Positions 13,038 through 24,489 of a stretch of 64,000 nt of DNA are shown one piece after another. The first letter of the stretch is position 1. The number at the start of each line of letters is the position of its first letter. The DNA is taken from NCBI RefSeq assembly GCF_963921235.1, contig NC_086097.1:185134001-185198000 (forward strand), given 5' to 3'. Below the pieces are notes generated by a model. That model made no database searches. It saw only the letters and a list, made by a program, of their open reading frames with translations, and had not been told where the DNA came from. A program made the position numbers and the translations under genes. Source of the DNA: Mobula hypostoma. Taxonomy: Eukaryota.

Positions 13038-16000
13038 AGAAACCATAGAAACTACAGCACAGAAACAGGCCTTTTGGCCCTTCTTGGCTGTGCCGAACCA
13101 TTTTCTGCCTAGTCCCACTGACCTGCACACGGACCATATCCCTCCATATACCTCCCATCCATGTACCTGTCCAATTTATTCTTAAATGTTAAAAAAGAAC
13201 CCGCATTTACCACCTCGTCTGGCAGCTCATTCCATACTCCCACCACTCTCTGTGTGAAGAAGCCCCCGCTAATGTTCCCTTTAAACTTTTCCCCCCTCAC
13301 CCTTAACCCATGTCCTCTGTTTTTTTCTCCCCTTGCCTCAGTGGAAAAAGCCTGCTTGCATTCACTCTGTCTATACCCATCATAATTTTATATACCTCTA
13401 TCAAATCTCCCCTCATTCTTCTACGCTCCAGGGAATAAAGTCCTAACCTATACAACCTTTCTCTGTAACTGAGTTTCTCAAGTCCCGGCAACATCCTTGT
13501 AAACCTTTTCTGCACTCTTTCAACATTATTTATATCCTCCCTGTAATTTGGTGACCAAAACTGAACACAATACTCCAGATTCGGCCTTACCAATGCCTTA
13601 TACAACCTCATCATAACATTCCAGCTCTTATACTCAATACTTTGATTAATAAAGGTCAATATACCAAAAGCTCTCTTTACGACCCTATCTACCTGTGACG
13701 CCACTTTTAGGGAATTTTGTATCTGTATTCCCAGATCCCTCTGTTCCACTGCACTCCTCAGTGCCTTACCATTAACCCTGTATGTTCTACCTTGGTTTGT
13801 CCTTCCAACGTGCAATACCTCACACTTGTCAGTATTAAACTCCATCTGCCATTTTTTAGCCCATTTTTCCAGCTGGTCCAAGTCCCTCTGCAGGCTCTGA
13901 AAACCTTCCTCACTGTCTACTACACCTCCAATCTTTGTATCATCAACAAACTTGCTGATCCAATTTACCACATTATCATCCAGATCATTGATATAGATGA
14001 CAAATAACAATGGACCCAGCACTGATCCCTGTGGCACACCACTAGTCACAGGCCTCCACTCAGAGAAGCAATTCTCTACCACCACTCTCTGGCTTCTTCC
14101 ATCGAGCCAATGTCTAATCCAATTTACCACCTCTCCACGTATACCTAGTGACTGAATTTTCCTAACTAACCTCCCATGCGGGACCTTGTCAAAGGCCTTA
14201 CTGAAGTCCATGTAGACAATATCCACTGCCTTCCCTTCATCCACTTTCCTGGTAACCTCCTCGAAAATCTCCAATAGATTGGTCAAACATGACTTGCCAC
14301 GCAGAAAGCCATGTTGACTCTCCCTAATAAGTCCCAGTCTATCCAAATGCTTGTAGATTCTGTCTCTTAGTACTCCCTCCAATAACTTACCTACTACCGA
14401 CGTTAAACTTACTGGCCTATAATTTCCCGGATTACTTTTCGATCCTTTTTTAAACAATGGAACAACATGAGCCACTCTGCAATCCTCCGGCACTTCACCC
14501 GTAGACAGCAACATTTTAAATATTTCTGCCAGGGCCCCTGCAATTTCAACACTAGTCTCCTTCAAGGTCCCAGGGAACACCCTGTCAGGTCCCGGGGATT
14601 TATCCACTTTAATTTTCCTCAAGACAGCAAGGACCTCCTCCTTTTCGATCTGTACAGTTTGCATGATCTCACTACTTGTTTCCCTTAATTCCATAGACTT
14701 CATGCCAGTTTCCTTAGTAAACACAGACACAAAAAACCTATTTAAGATCTCCCCCATTTCCTTTGGTTCCGCACATAGCCGACCACTCTGATCTTCAAGA
14801 GGACCAATTTTATCCCTTACAATCCTTTTGCTCTTAATATACCTGTAAAAGCTCTTTGGATTATCCTTCACTTTGACTGCCAAGGCAACCTCATGTCTTC
14901 TTTTAGCCCTCCTGATTTCTTTCTTAAGTATTTTCTTGCACTTCTTATACTCTTCAAGCACCTTATTTACTCCCTGTTTCCTACACACGTCATACAACTC
15001 CCTCTTCTTCTTTATCAGAGTTGCAATATCCCTTGAGAACCAAGGTTCCTTATTCCTATTCACCTTGCCTTTAATCCTGACAGGAACATACAAATTCTGC
15101 ACTCTCAAAATTTCTGCTTTGAAGGCTTCCCACCTACCGATCACATCCATGCCAGAGAACAACCTGTCCCAGTCCACGCTTTTTAGATCCTTTCTCATTT
15201 CTTCAAATTTGGCCTTCTTCCAGTTAAGAACCTCAACCCTAGGACCAGATCTATCCTTGTCCATGATCAAGTTGAAACTAATAGTGTTATGATCACTGGA
15301 ACCAAAGTGCTCCCCTTCTGTCACTTGTCCTAACTCGTTTCCTAACAGGAGATCCAATATTGCATCACCTGTAGTTGGTCCCTCTATATATTGATTTAGA
15401 AAACTGTCCTGAACACATTTTACAAACTCTAAACCATCTAGACCCCTAACAGTATGGGAGACCCAATCAATATATGGAAAATTAAAATCCCCTACCACCA
15501 CAACTTTATGTTTCCTGCAGTTGCCTGCTATCTCTCTGCAGATTTGCACTTCCAATTCTCTTTGACTATTGGGTGGTCTGTAATACAATCCCACTAATGT
15601 GGCCATACCTTTCCTGTTTCTCAGCTCCACCCACAAGGACTCAGTAGACAAGCCCTCTAATCTGTCCTGCCTGAGCACTGCTGTAATATTTTCCCTAACA
15701 AGCAATGCTACTCCCCCACCTTTCATTCCTCTGCCTCGATCACATCTGAAACATCGGAACCCTGGAATATTAAGCTGCCAGTCCTGCCCCTCCTGTAGCC
15801 AAGTTTCACTAATTGCTACAATGTCATAATTCCACGTGTCAATCCACGCCCTCAACTCATCCGCCTTCCCCGCAATACTCCTAGCATTGAAATATATACA
15901 CCTCAGAAGATTTTTACCACCACTCACAACCTTTCTATTAGTGGATTTGCTTGAACTTTTAACATCATTTACTTTCACCCCAGCCACACTGTCAGCTCTG

Positions 16001-16244
16001 GCACTCTGGTTCCCATCCCCCTGCAAATCTAGTTTAAAGCCTCCCCAATAGCACTAACAAACCTCCCTGAAAGGATATTGGTCCCCCTGTAGTTCAAGTG
16101 TAACCCATCTCTCTTGTACAGGTCCCACCTGCCCCAGAAGAAGTCCCAATTATCCTGAAATCTGAAACCCTGCCCCCTACACCAGTTCCTCAGCCACTTG
16201 TTCCTCCTCCAGAGCATCCTATTCCTACCCTCACTGGCACGTGG
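13038..16244 (-). mobile_element. Young 5'-truncated CR1 LINE inserted antisense in ORF1 of another CR1
   Basis: Tail (minus strand GTTTCTATGGTTTCT) at about 13038-13052, ORF1 C-terminus 16029-16244, GTGG microhomology at 16241-16244. Confidence 0.95.
13109..16026 (-). pseudogene. Near-intact CR1 ORF2 (907-aa open frame 13303-16026, one late frameshift, C-terminus 13109-13300)
   Basis: Complete EN (NARSI, SETWL, GDFNFP, SSDH) and RT (KFVDDTK, where sister copies have FADD). No ATG at the 5' end of the frame. Confidence 0.93.
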
Positions 16245-18651
16245 ATCATTGGGATCTCTTCTGGGGAAGATCTGACCTGTACAAAAAGGAGGGGCCGCAC
16301 CTGAACTGGAAAGGGACCAATATCCTGGCGGGCAGGTTTGCTAGAGCTGTTGAGAAGGGTTTAAACTAGTTTGGCAGGGGGGTGGAAATCAGAATGTGAG
16401 TGCAGAGATTAGGGTAGAAGGACAAGGGCATGATGCTATGTGTTCTAAGTTGGAGAGGAAGGACAGGCAGGGGACAAAACATAAATGTAGCCAGTTAGGG
16501 GGGTTGAAATGTGTCTATTTCAACGCTAGGAGTATTAGGAATAAAGGGGATGAACTTAGAGCATGGATCAATACGTGGAACTACAATGTTGTGGCCATTA
16601 CTGAAACTTCGCTGGAGGAAGGGCAGGATTGGCTGACGCAGGACCGAGGTTTAGGTGTTTGAAAAGGAATAGGATGGAAGGTAGGAAAGGTGGGGAGTAG
16701 CATTACTGGTCAGGGATAGTATCACGGCTATAGAAAGGGAGGATGCTGCAGAGGGAGCGTCCACTGAGTTGGTGTGGGTGGAAGTCAGAAATAGGAAGGG
16801 ATCAATCACTGTGCTTGGAGTAGTCTATAGACCCCAAATAGCCCTTGGGATACTGAGGAGCAGGTAAGCAGGCAGATTTTAGAATGGTGCAGGAAATACA
16901 GGGTTATAGTTATGGCTGATTTCAACTTCCCTCACATTGACTGGCACCTCCTGACTGCAAGGGGGATAGAAAGGGCTGAATTTGTCAGGTGTGTTCAAGA
17001 AGGGTTCCTGACACAGTATGTGGACCGGCTGACGAGAGGTGAGGCCATACTGGATCTAGTTCTGGGAAATGAACCTGTTCAGGTGGCAGACCTCTTGGTG
17101 GGGGAGCATTTTGGTGAAAGTGACCACAACTCCCTTAGCTTCAGCATAGCTATGGAAAAGGATAAAAACAGACAAAATAGGAAAGTGCTTAACTGGAGAA
17201 GGGATGAGGCAGGAAGTAGCGAGAGTAAATTGGAAACAGATGTTCAAGGGTAAAAGCACAGAAGTAATGTGGAGGAAGTTTAGGGACCACTTGTGCTGGA
17301 CTCAGGATAGGTTTGTCCCACTGAGACAAGGAAAAAATGGTAGGAAAAGGGAACCGTGGCCGATGAAACACGTGAGGCAACTTGTCAAGAGGAAGAAGGA
17401 AGCATATGTTAGATATAAGAAGCAGGAAGCAGGAAGGGCTCATTAGAAATATAGGGTAGCCAGGAAGGAGCTTAAGAAAGGACTTAGGAGAGCTCGAAGG
17501 GGGCATGAGAAGGCCTTGGTATGTAGGATTAAGGTGAACCCCAAGGGGTTCTATGCGTATGTGAAGAACAGAAGGATGACAAGATTGAAGGTGGGGCTGC
17601 TGAAGGATAAAGAAGGCAACATGTGCCTGGAGGCGGAGGAGGTTGGGTAGGACCTAAATGAATACTTTGCTCCAGTATTCACAAGTGAAAAGGACCTTGA
17701 TCAGGGTGAGGTTGAAATAGAACAGGCCTGTGTGCTGGACAATGTGCAGATTAAGGATGAAGAAGTGCTGGATCTTCTTAAAAACATCAAGACTGATAAG
17801 ACCCCAGTGCTGGATGTGATATACCCCAGGTTGCTATGGGAAGTGAGAGAAGAGATCGCTGGAGCAGTTGCTATGATCTTTCAATCCTCTTTGGCTGCGG
17901 GGAGGTGCCGGAGGATTGGAGAATGGCAAATGTAGTTCCCTTGTTTAAAAAAGGTAATAGGGAGAATCCTGGCAACTATAGACCGGTGAGTCTTACCTCG
18001 GTGGTCTGCAAACTATTGGAAAGGATACTTAAGAATAGGAGCTACTAGCACGTGGAGAAGTACGGTCTACTCAAGGATAGTCAGCATGGCTTTGTGAAGG
18101 GAAGGTCATGCCTCATGAGCCTAATTAAGTTTTTTGAAGAGGTAACAAAAGAAATTGATGAGGGTAGGGTGGTAGATGTGGTCTACATGGATTTTAGCAA
18201 GGCATTTGACAAGGTCCCCCATGAGAGACTCATCCAGAAAGTCATGAGGCATGGGATCAGTGGAAACTTGGCTGTTTGGGTAAAAAATTGGCTTACAGGG
18301 AGAAAGCAGAGGGTAGTAGTGGAAGGAAAGTACTCTGCCTGGAGGTCGGTGACTAGTGGAGTGCCGCAAGGATCTGTCCTGGGACCCCTACTCTTTGTGA
18401 CTTTTATAACTGACCAGGATGAAGATTGTGGATGACACGAAGATAGGAGGAGTTGTGGATGAGCTGTAGGTTGTCGAAGGTTACAAGAGGATATAGACAG
18501 GATGCAGAGTTGGGCAGAAAAGTGGCAGATGGAGTTCAATCCGGATAAGTGTCAGGTGATGCATTTTGGAAGGACAAACCAGAAGGCTGAGTACAGGGTT
18601 AATGGCTGGTTACTTAAGAGTGTGGAAAAACTTCTTCACACAGAGACTGGT

Positions 18652-18817
18652 GAATTTAAGGTGGGGGGTTATATGGGAGGCAGGGTTTAAGGGTCAGCAC
18701 AACATTGTGGGCTGAAGGGCCTGTACTGTACTGTGCTGTACTATTCTATGTTCTATGTTCTCAATGTGTTTGATCACATCCTCAAAAAATTGAATCAGGC
18801 TCATAAGGCATGACCTG
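18652..18817 (+). repeat. Dispersed 166-bp copy of 3695-3862 (templated insertion)
   Basis: Near-identical to the CR1-tail/host-CR1 junction. Flanked by direct repeat CTGGTGAAT at 18647-18655 and 18815-18823. Confidence 0.93.
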
Positions 18818-20112
18818 GTGAATCTGTGGAATTCTCTGCCACAGGAAACAGTTGAGGCCAGTTCATTGGCTATATTTAAGAGGGAGTTAAATATGGCCCT
18901 TGTGTCTAAAGGGATCGGGGGTATGAAGACAAGGCAGGTACAGGGTTCTGAGTTGGATGATCAGCCATGATCATACTGAATGGCGGTGCAGGCTTGAAGG
19001 GCCAAATGGCCTACTCCTGCACCTATTTTCTATGTTTCTGTGTCTAGTGTCTAGTGTCTAGTTCTTTTCATGAAATTCTGCACCCTCTTTTCTCCAAACA
19101 TACCTTTGCTCATTGTGGCCAAAAAGTTCTATTTTAACTTCATCAGTGCACAGGACTTGTTTCCAAAATGCATCAGGCTTGTTTAGATGTTCCTTTGCAA
19201 ACTTCTGATGCTGAATTTTGTGGTGAGAATGCAGGAAAGGTTTTCTTCTGATGACTCTTCCATGTTAAAATAGAACAGTGCACCACCACTCCAGAGTCTG
19301 CTAAATCCCCCTGAAGGTCTTTTGCATCAAACAGGGGATTTTGATTTGCCTTTCTAGCAATCCTATGAGCAGTTCTCTCGGAAAATTTTCTTGGACTTCC
19401 AGACCTCAGTTTGACCTCCACTGTTCCTGTTAACTGCCATTTCTTAATTACATTGCAAACTGAGGAAACGGCTACCTGAAAACGCTTTGCTATCTTCTTA
19501 TAGCCTTCTCCTGCTTTGTGGGTATCATTTGTTTTAATTTTCAGAGTGCTAGGCAGCTGCTTAGAGGAGCCCATGGCTGCAAAATAAGCCATAGCCCTAA
19601 CAAGCTTATTAAGGTCTGAGACCTTGGTAAAAATTATCTGAGAGCTCAAATCTCTTGGGATGCCCAAACTTTTGCATGGTGCTCCTTTCCTTTTTTTCAC
19701 TCTAAAATAGTACAAAACAAAAATAATCCACTAATCTTGCTTAAAATATTGAAAAGAATGTTTCATCTTTAACTTTATGACTTTTGGAGATCAGTTCATC
19801 TTCTACCCACTTAACTATTCACAGTAACAGAAATTTTGACCGGGGTGCCCAAACTTTTGCATGCCACTGTACATAAATGCAGCTTTAGAAACTTGCTGAT
19901 TGATATTTAGGGAATAACTGACATGGTCTTGACCGTTAATTCCTCTTATTATCCTAATTCCATTTTCCCCGTGTTCTCCTGGACTCCTTGATTGCGGAAC
20001 CAGATTCTCTTCTAAACCTGCTGCATTAAAAACCCCAGCTTTGCATCCACTCATTGCCAGACCGTTGCTTCAGCCAGTGCAGGTAATTCACGTTCCCAGC
20101 CACTTAGAATGG

Positions 20113-20300
20113 TGTATTCTAAGTTATACTTCAGTACCGAGGTTTACCTGTGAAGCTCTGTCTCTCCATGTCATGATAAGTATTCTAAGCTTTACTTCAG
20201 TACCGAGGTTTACCTGTGTAACTCTGTCTCTCCCTTTCAAGACATGTATTCTAAGTTTTACTTCAATACTGAGGTTTACCTGTGTAACTCTGTCTCTCTG
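20113..20300. repeat. 65-66-bp tandem repeat, 3 copies, related to the 67-bp unit
   Basis: TATTCTAAG...TACTTCA..AC.GAGGTTTACCTGTG...CTCTGTCTCTC at about 20116, 20181 and 20247. Confidence 0.9.
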
Positions 20301-20449
20301 TGTTGAGAAAAGTATTATCTGCCGCTTGCCTTTCTACGCTGCGTGTCAAGATTAGTGTTGCCTGCTGCCTGTCTCCTGTTCGCCGTTCAGTTCCAGCAAC
20401 ACCCTGTGTCAAGAAAAGTTTTGCCTGCCTCCTGCTCTTCCGTTCACCC

Positions 20450-20945
20450 GCGCTGTTTGCCTGTGTTAATTCTGTCTCTTGACTGCTTAGAATTGTGTAT
20501 TCTAAGTTCTGTTTCTGCTCTGTTTGCCTGTGTTAACCCTGTCTCTCAGTCGCTTAGAATTGTGTATTCTAATTTCTGTTCTCGCGCTCTTTGCTGGTGT
20601 TAACTCTGTGGCCCGTCTGCTTAGAGTTGTGTATTCTAAATTCTGTTCCTGCGCTGTTTTCCGGTGTTAACCCTGTCTCCTGACCGCTAAGAATTGTGTA
20701 ATCCAAGTTCTGTTTCCGCGCTGTTTTCCGGTGTTAACCCTGTCTCCTGACCGCTAAGAATTGTGTAATCCAAGTTCTGTTTCCGCGCTGTTTTCCGGTG
20801 TTAACCCTGTCTCCTGACCGCTAAGAATTGTGTAATCCAAGTTCTGTTTCCGCTCTGTTTTCCGGTGTTAACCCTGTCTCCTGACCGCTAAGAATTGTGT
20901 AATGCAAGTTCTGTTTCCGCACTGTTTGCCTGTGTTATCTCTGCC
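20450..20945. repeat. 67-bp minisatellite, about 7.5 copies
   Basis: Unit starts at 20450, 20517, 20584, 20651, 20718, 20785, 20852, 20919. Confidence 0.95.
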
Positions 20946-21999
20946 TCTCTGTGTTAATAGGAGCATTGCATGCCGCCTGTCTTCCCCTTCATCCTTCTGC
21001 CTGCTGTTCTCCTCAAGCCACGCTCGCACCCTGGTCAGCATCCCTGCTCTGCCTCATTCCGCCACCCGCCTACACTCTCCGTTGGCTCGGTGGTTAAACG
21101 CCGTGTTCCCACCATAGCGACCTGGGCTCGGTCCCCGATCAAGCCTTCCCCACTCCTTGGCTTCCCTCTGCCTAATCCTCGCTCCCTGGCCTTCTCTGTA
21201 ACTGTTAATAAACACCTTAGATTACTCTACCTCTGTGTCTTTGTCCTGCATTTGGGTTTGCCCCGTTCCATTGCAACAATAATGGTATTGGATACCAAGG
21301 TATAATCGATAAACAGCAGCCTGGCACATGTTTTGCTGTTGTCTAGCACCTCTGAAGTAGAGTGGAGAGCTAGTGAGATTGCATCTGCTGTGGACCTATT
21401 GCAGCAGTAGGCAAATTACTCAGGCAATTAATCCTAACCATAACTAACCTCTTGAAGCACTTTATTAGATAAAAATTTACAGCATTTCAGCAAGGATAGG
21501 TCATGTGATCAAGAATAGAGTTTGCTTTTTGTCTTCTTTTCTTCCACTGGGCATGTTCTGTGTATGAGTATGTCTGCCCTGATGCTCTAATCCAGTCCCT
21601 CTCCCAATACTGTGAGATCGTTGGTGTAGTCAGCCACAATTATTAACAATTTGATCTCCCTGTCATTTAAAGCAATGTTACCCCTCATCTTTCCAAGTGT
21701 TCTCTGCACTTCTTCTGATTATGCAGCTAGTCAGGTATCTCTCCTTAGCAGTACAACTTCAGGCATCTATCCCCATCAGTGCATAATCTGCTGCAGTATT
21801 GGTATGCACTTCAACACCTCTACTATTTATCTTTATGTATATTTTAATTCATTCTGACACCATCTCTTGCTCTAATTTCATTTAGCATGAATTCATTTAC
21901 TTCTGTTGTATTCAAGACATTCTTGCTCTGCAGATTTGTTTCCTTACCTGTGAGACATACACATCGCAGCTCTCATCATTGGCTAAAACCTGTTGCCTC

Positions 22000-22123
22000 T
22001 TGCACAATTGGTCAAGATGCACTGTTTTTCTGTAATTATACAATGAGAGTTCAGGGAAACCAGCATCAAATTCCCTGTATGTGTCCACATACTTGGCGAT
22101 AATAAAGGATTCTGATTCTGATT
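22000..22123 (+). mobile_element. LINE/SINE 3' end (Rex1-like tail)
   Basis: AATAAA followed by (GATTCT)n. Confidence 0.6.
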
Positions 22124-24489
22124 ATAGCACTAGACTATTTGAAATGGACAAACCAAGACTGCATGATACTCCAGGCATTGACAGCAGGGCTCTCTAATAT
22201 CACACTCATGGGTTTTCCAGCTTTCAGGATTTAGAGTAACATTTTGATAAGCCGCTGCATGATTGTTCAAAAGTTCCTTGCTAATTCCCGCATTCACTGT
22301 GGGCCTGGTATCCCTGTTCTCTTTAAACCTACAAAGGTTCTGTTTCACACACTCTCTTGAAACACCAGATTTTTTTCCCATAATCCCTCTAAACTGCTTG
22401 GGTTTGCTGGGAAATATACGATACTATTGCGTAACATTAGAAAATGAATTATTAATTTGAAATCATATCCAATACTGTAGATGATCTCCCAGTCCAGCAC
22501 CAACAATGCCCCAAGTGTGTCAGATCAATAGATTTTAACTGGATGTGGCTTGTTGCTTGTTTGCCAAAACCATGTGCCATGTTACAATAACTTAATGAAC
22601 AAAATACAATTCATGCTGACCGTATTACTATTGTACCTATACCATGCACACATGTCTGATCATGGAGTGACCAAAATATTACTCAGAATTATTTATATTG
22701 CTCTGGTAATCCTGGTTGCCTTTCCCGGCTTGGAGTTTGAAATAGTTTTGCGTATGGTGGATCATCAGCTAACCCCCAAGTTAACCTGTTCTTCAATACC
22801 TGGTCTCTTAGACTTACTACATAATCACTGATTATCTCCTGTTGCATCTTATTATTATATATACCAGTTTTGCTTTGAATCATTTTAAATGGTGTTGGTT
22901 TGCAGTTTGCTCTAATTTAATCCATTAAACTTCAATCAGAAGTCTGGAAGCCAAAGCCCAAGGACTGGAAACCAGAGTTGAAGGACTGTCTGAGTTTGTC
23001 GGGTGAGAGGGAGGAAAAGGGCTTGTTTTGTTGCTTGTTGTGTTCTGTGTCGTTCTGCCAAGCATTGTGGGTATGCGATATTGTTGCTGGAACGTTTGGC
23101 AACACTTGCAGGCTGCCCCCAATACAGCGGTTTTCGCTGTATGTTTCAATGCACCTGCGATAAATAAATCTGAATCAGATTTTTTTAGATTCAAGGGACT
23201 CTGACATCACTTGAAATACAAGCATGTTGGCAAATGTTGTGCAGGTACCTAGCCCATTTCCACCCATACATTCTTCATGAATCATTGCATTTTGCTTCTC
23301 AACATGTTCACCTGTTACTTCTACAATGTTACGGGCTTTGAAGAAAACATCCAGTGCTACTCCACAGAGCTTCCCAATGTAGCCCATTTCTGCATCTCAT
23401 TTACACATCCTGGCCTCTCCACCTTCAGTCTGACGCAGGGTTTCGATACAAAATATTGACAATTTCTTTCCTTCCGCAGGTATCTGCTGAGTTCCGTCAG
23501 ATTCCAGCATTCGCTGTCTCTTGCGTCTCCATTCTACGTCTTACTCAGTGTGGGTGAGAGATTCTTTTCTATTTCACTGCACCAGCCTTATTTTAAGCAA
23601 TACAGACTTATAGACAGTGGCTGTCCATGCTCTTTGCTAGTGTGATGTATTAGGGATCCTCTTGCACTGTACTGTGGATCATTATATGATTCACAACACT
23701 CAGAACAACAAAGGAAACACTGAGGTTTATAGTAGCAGTTGACAATCAATTGTACCTGAAGCATGATACATACAACGTTAACAATAGTTTACCACAGGAA
23801 TCAGTTTCTTAAAGTGTTGTTGACTTCACAAATCTTAAAGTAATATTTGCATTTTATAGCTCATGGCATGAGTCACAAACCAATATACGTATACTGCAGT
23901 GTGGAAATACCACCAGGACAATAAAGCTGTGCCTAGACATTGAAGTCATGATATAAAATTTCAAGCATGGATATAGTCTGAACTCTGCAAAGAATCGTGT
24001 TAGTTTGAATAAATTATGCATTGCAATTTCCTTCGCTTTTTCCAGTGCTATCAAATTGAACCTCGTATTGTTTACAATGAACGCCCATGAAGCTGAGTGG
24101 TTTTACTTTTATAGCCATGCAATTTGAAATAAACACAAGGTTGAAAAGACAAACAAAGAAACAATAAAGAGTTACAAAAGCAGAGCACCTGAACAATCCT
24201 GGTTGTATCGGGCTGTACATTTTGTGCAGGTCTCCTGTGTGTGTGTGCTGCAAATTATAGGGCAACTGGCATCTCAAAGTCTGCAGTCCGTACTTGTTAG
24301 ATAGGCAAGCATAGTATAAGCCAGTAATCGCAAATAAAACAACAATCAAATCTGCCTTTCTTTGAATGTTCTCTTTGTAGGCAACCTGCACATCCACACA
24401 GTATGATTAGTTCGTGAAACAAAGAATCATAAAGCTGCACACGTTCCAGTCTGGAGTTCTGCAATTTTTAAAATTGGTTCTCAAAGTCA

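Larger units (their letters stand above)
12623..19060 (+). mobile_element. CR1 LINE (ORF1 3' half + ORF2), chimeric at its 3' end, inserted in the Tc1
   Basis: ORF1 esterase 12623-13037 resuming at 16241, ORF2 16370-18625, 3' end 18626-19060. Candidate TSD GTTC at 12619-12622 and 19061-19064 restores the transposase sequence. Confidence 0.88.
12136..19574 (-). pseudogene. Tc1 transposase, split (19061-19574 N-terminal, 12136-12622 C-terminal)
   Basis: MGSSKQL...GEGYKKIAKRF paired-like domain. QQDNDPKH...WPSQSPDLNIIE has 34 residues between the D and the E. Frameshifts present. Confidence 0.92.
11917..19869 (-). mobile_element. Tc1-family DNA transposon (DD34E, IR/DR-type ~210-bp TIRs) interrupted by a 6.4-kb CR1 nest
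   Basis: TA|CAGTGGTATGCAAAAGTTTGGGCACCCCGGTCAAAATTT at left, AAATTTTGACCGGGGTGCCCAAACTTTTGCATGCCACTG|TA at right. Inner repeats of the AAAxTTTGGGCA motif at about 12113-12128 and 19661-19677. Confidence 0.95.
19919..21278 (+). mobile_element. Solo LTR (about 1.36 kb) with internal minisatellite, inserted in the Rex1-like LINE
   Basis: TG...CA termini, TSD ATAAC/ATAAT, TATA-like TTAAAAA near 20026, AATAAA at about 21207. The host Rex sequence resumes at 21279. Confidence 0.75.

Noticed and set aside
19870..19918. Apparent mismatch of Tc1 flanks suggesting rearrangement
   Set aside because: On closer reading the right flank is the diverged continuation of the Rex1-like host, so this is a normal TA insertion.
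20450..20945. Regularly spaced repeats resembling a CRISPR array
   Set aside because: Units are contiguous tandem copies without unique spacers, there are no cas genes, and the context is vertebrate.
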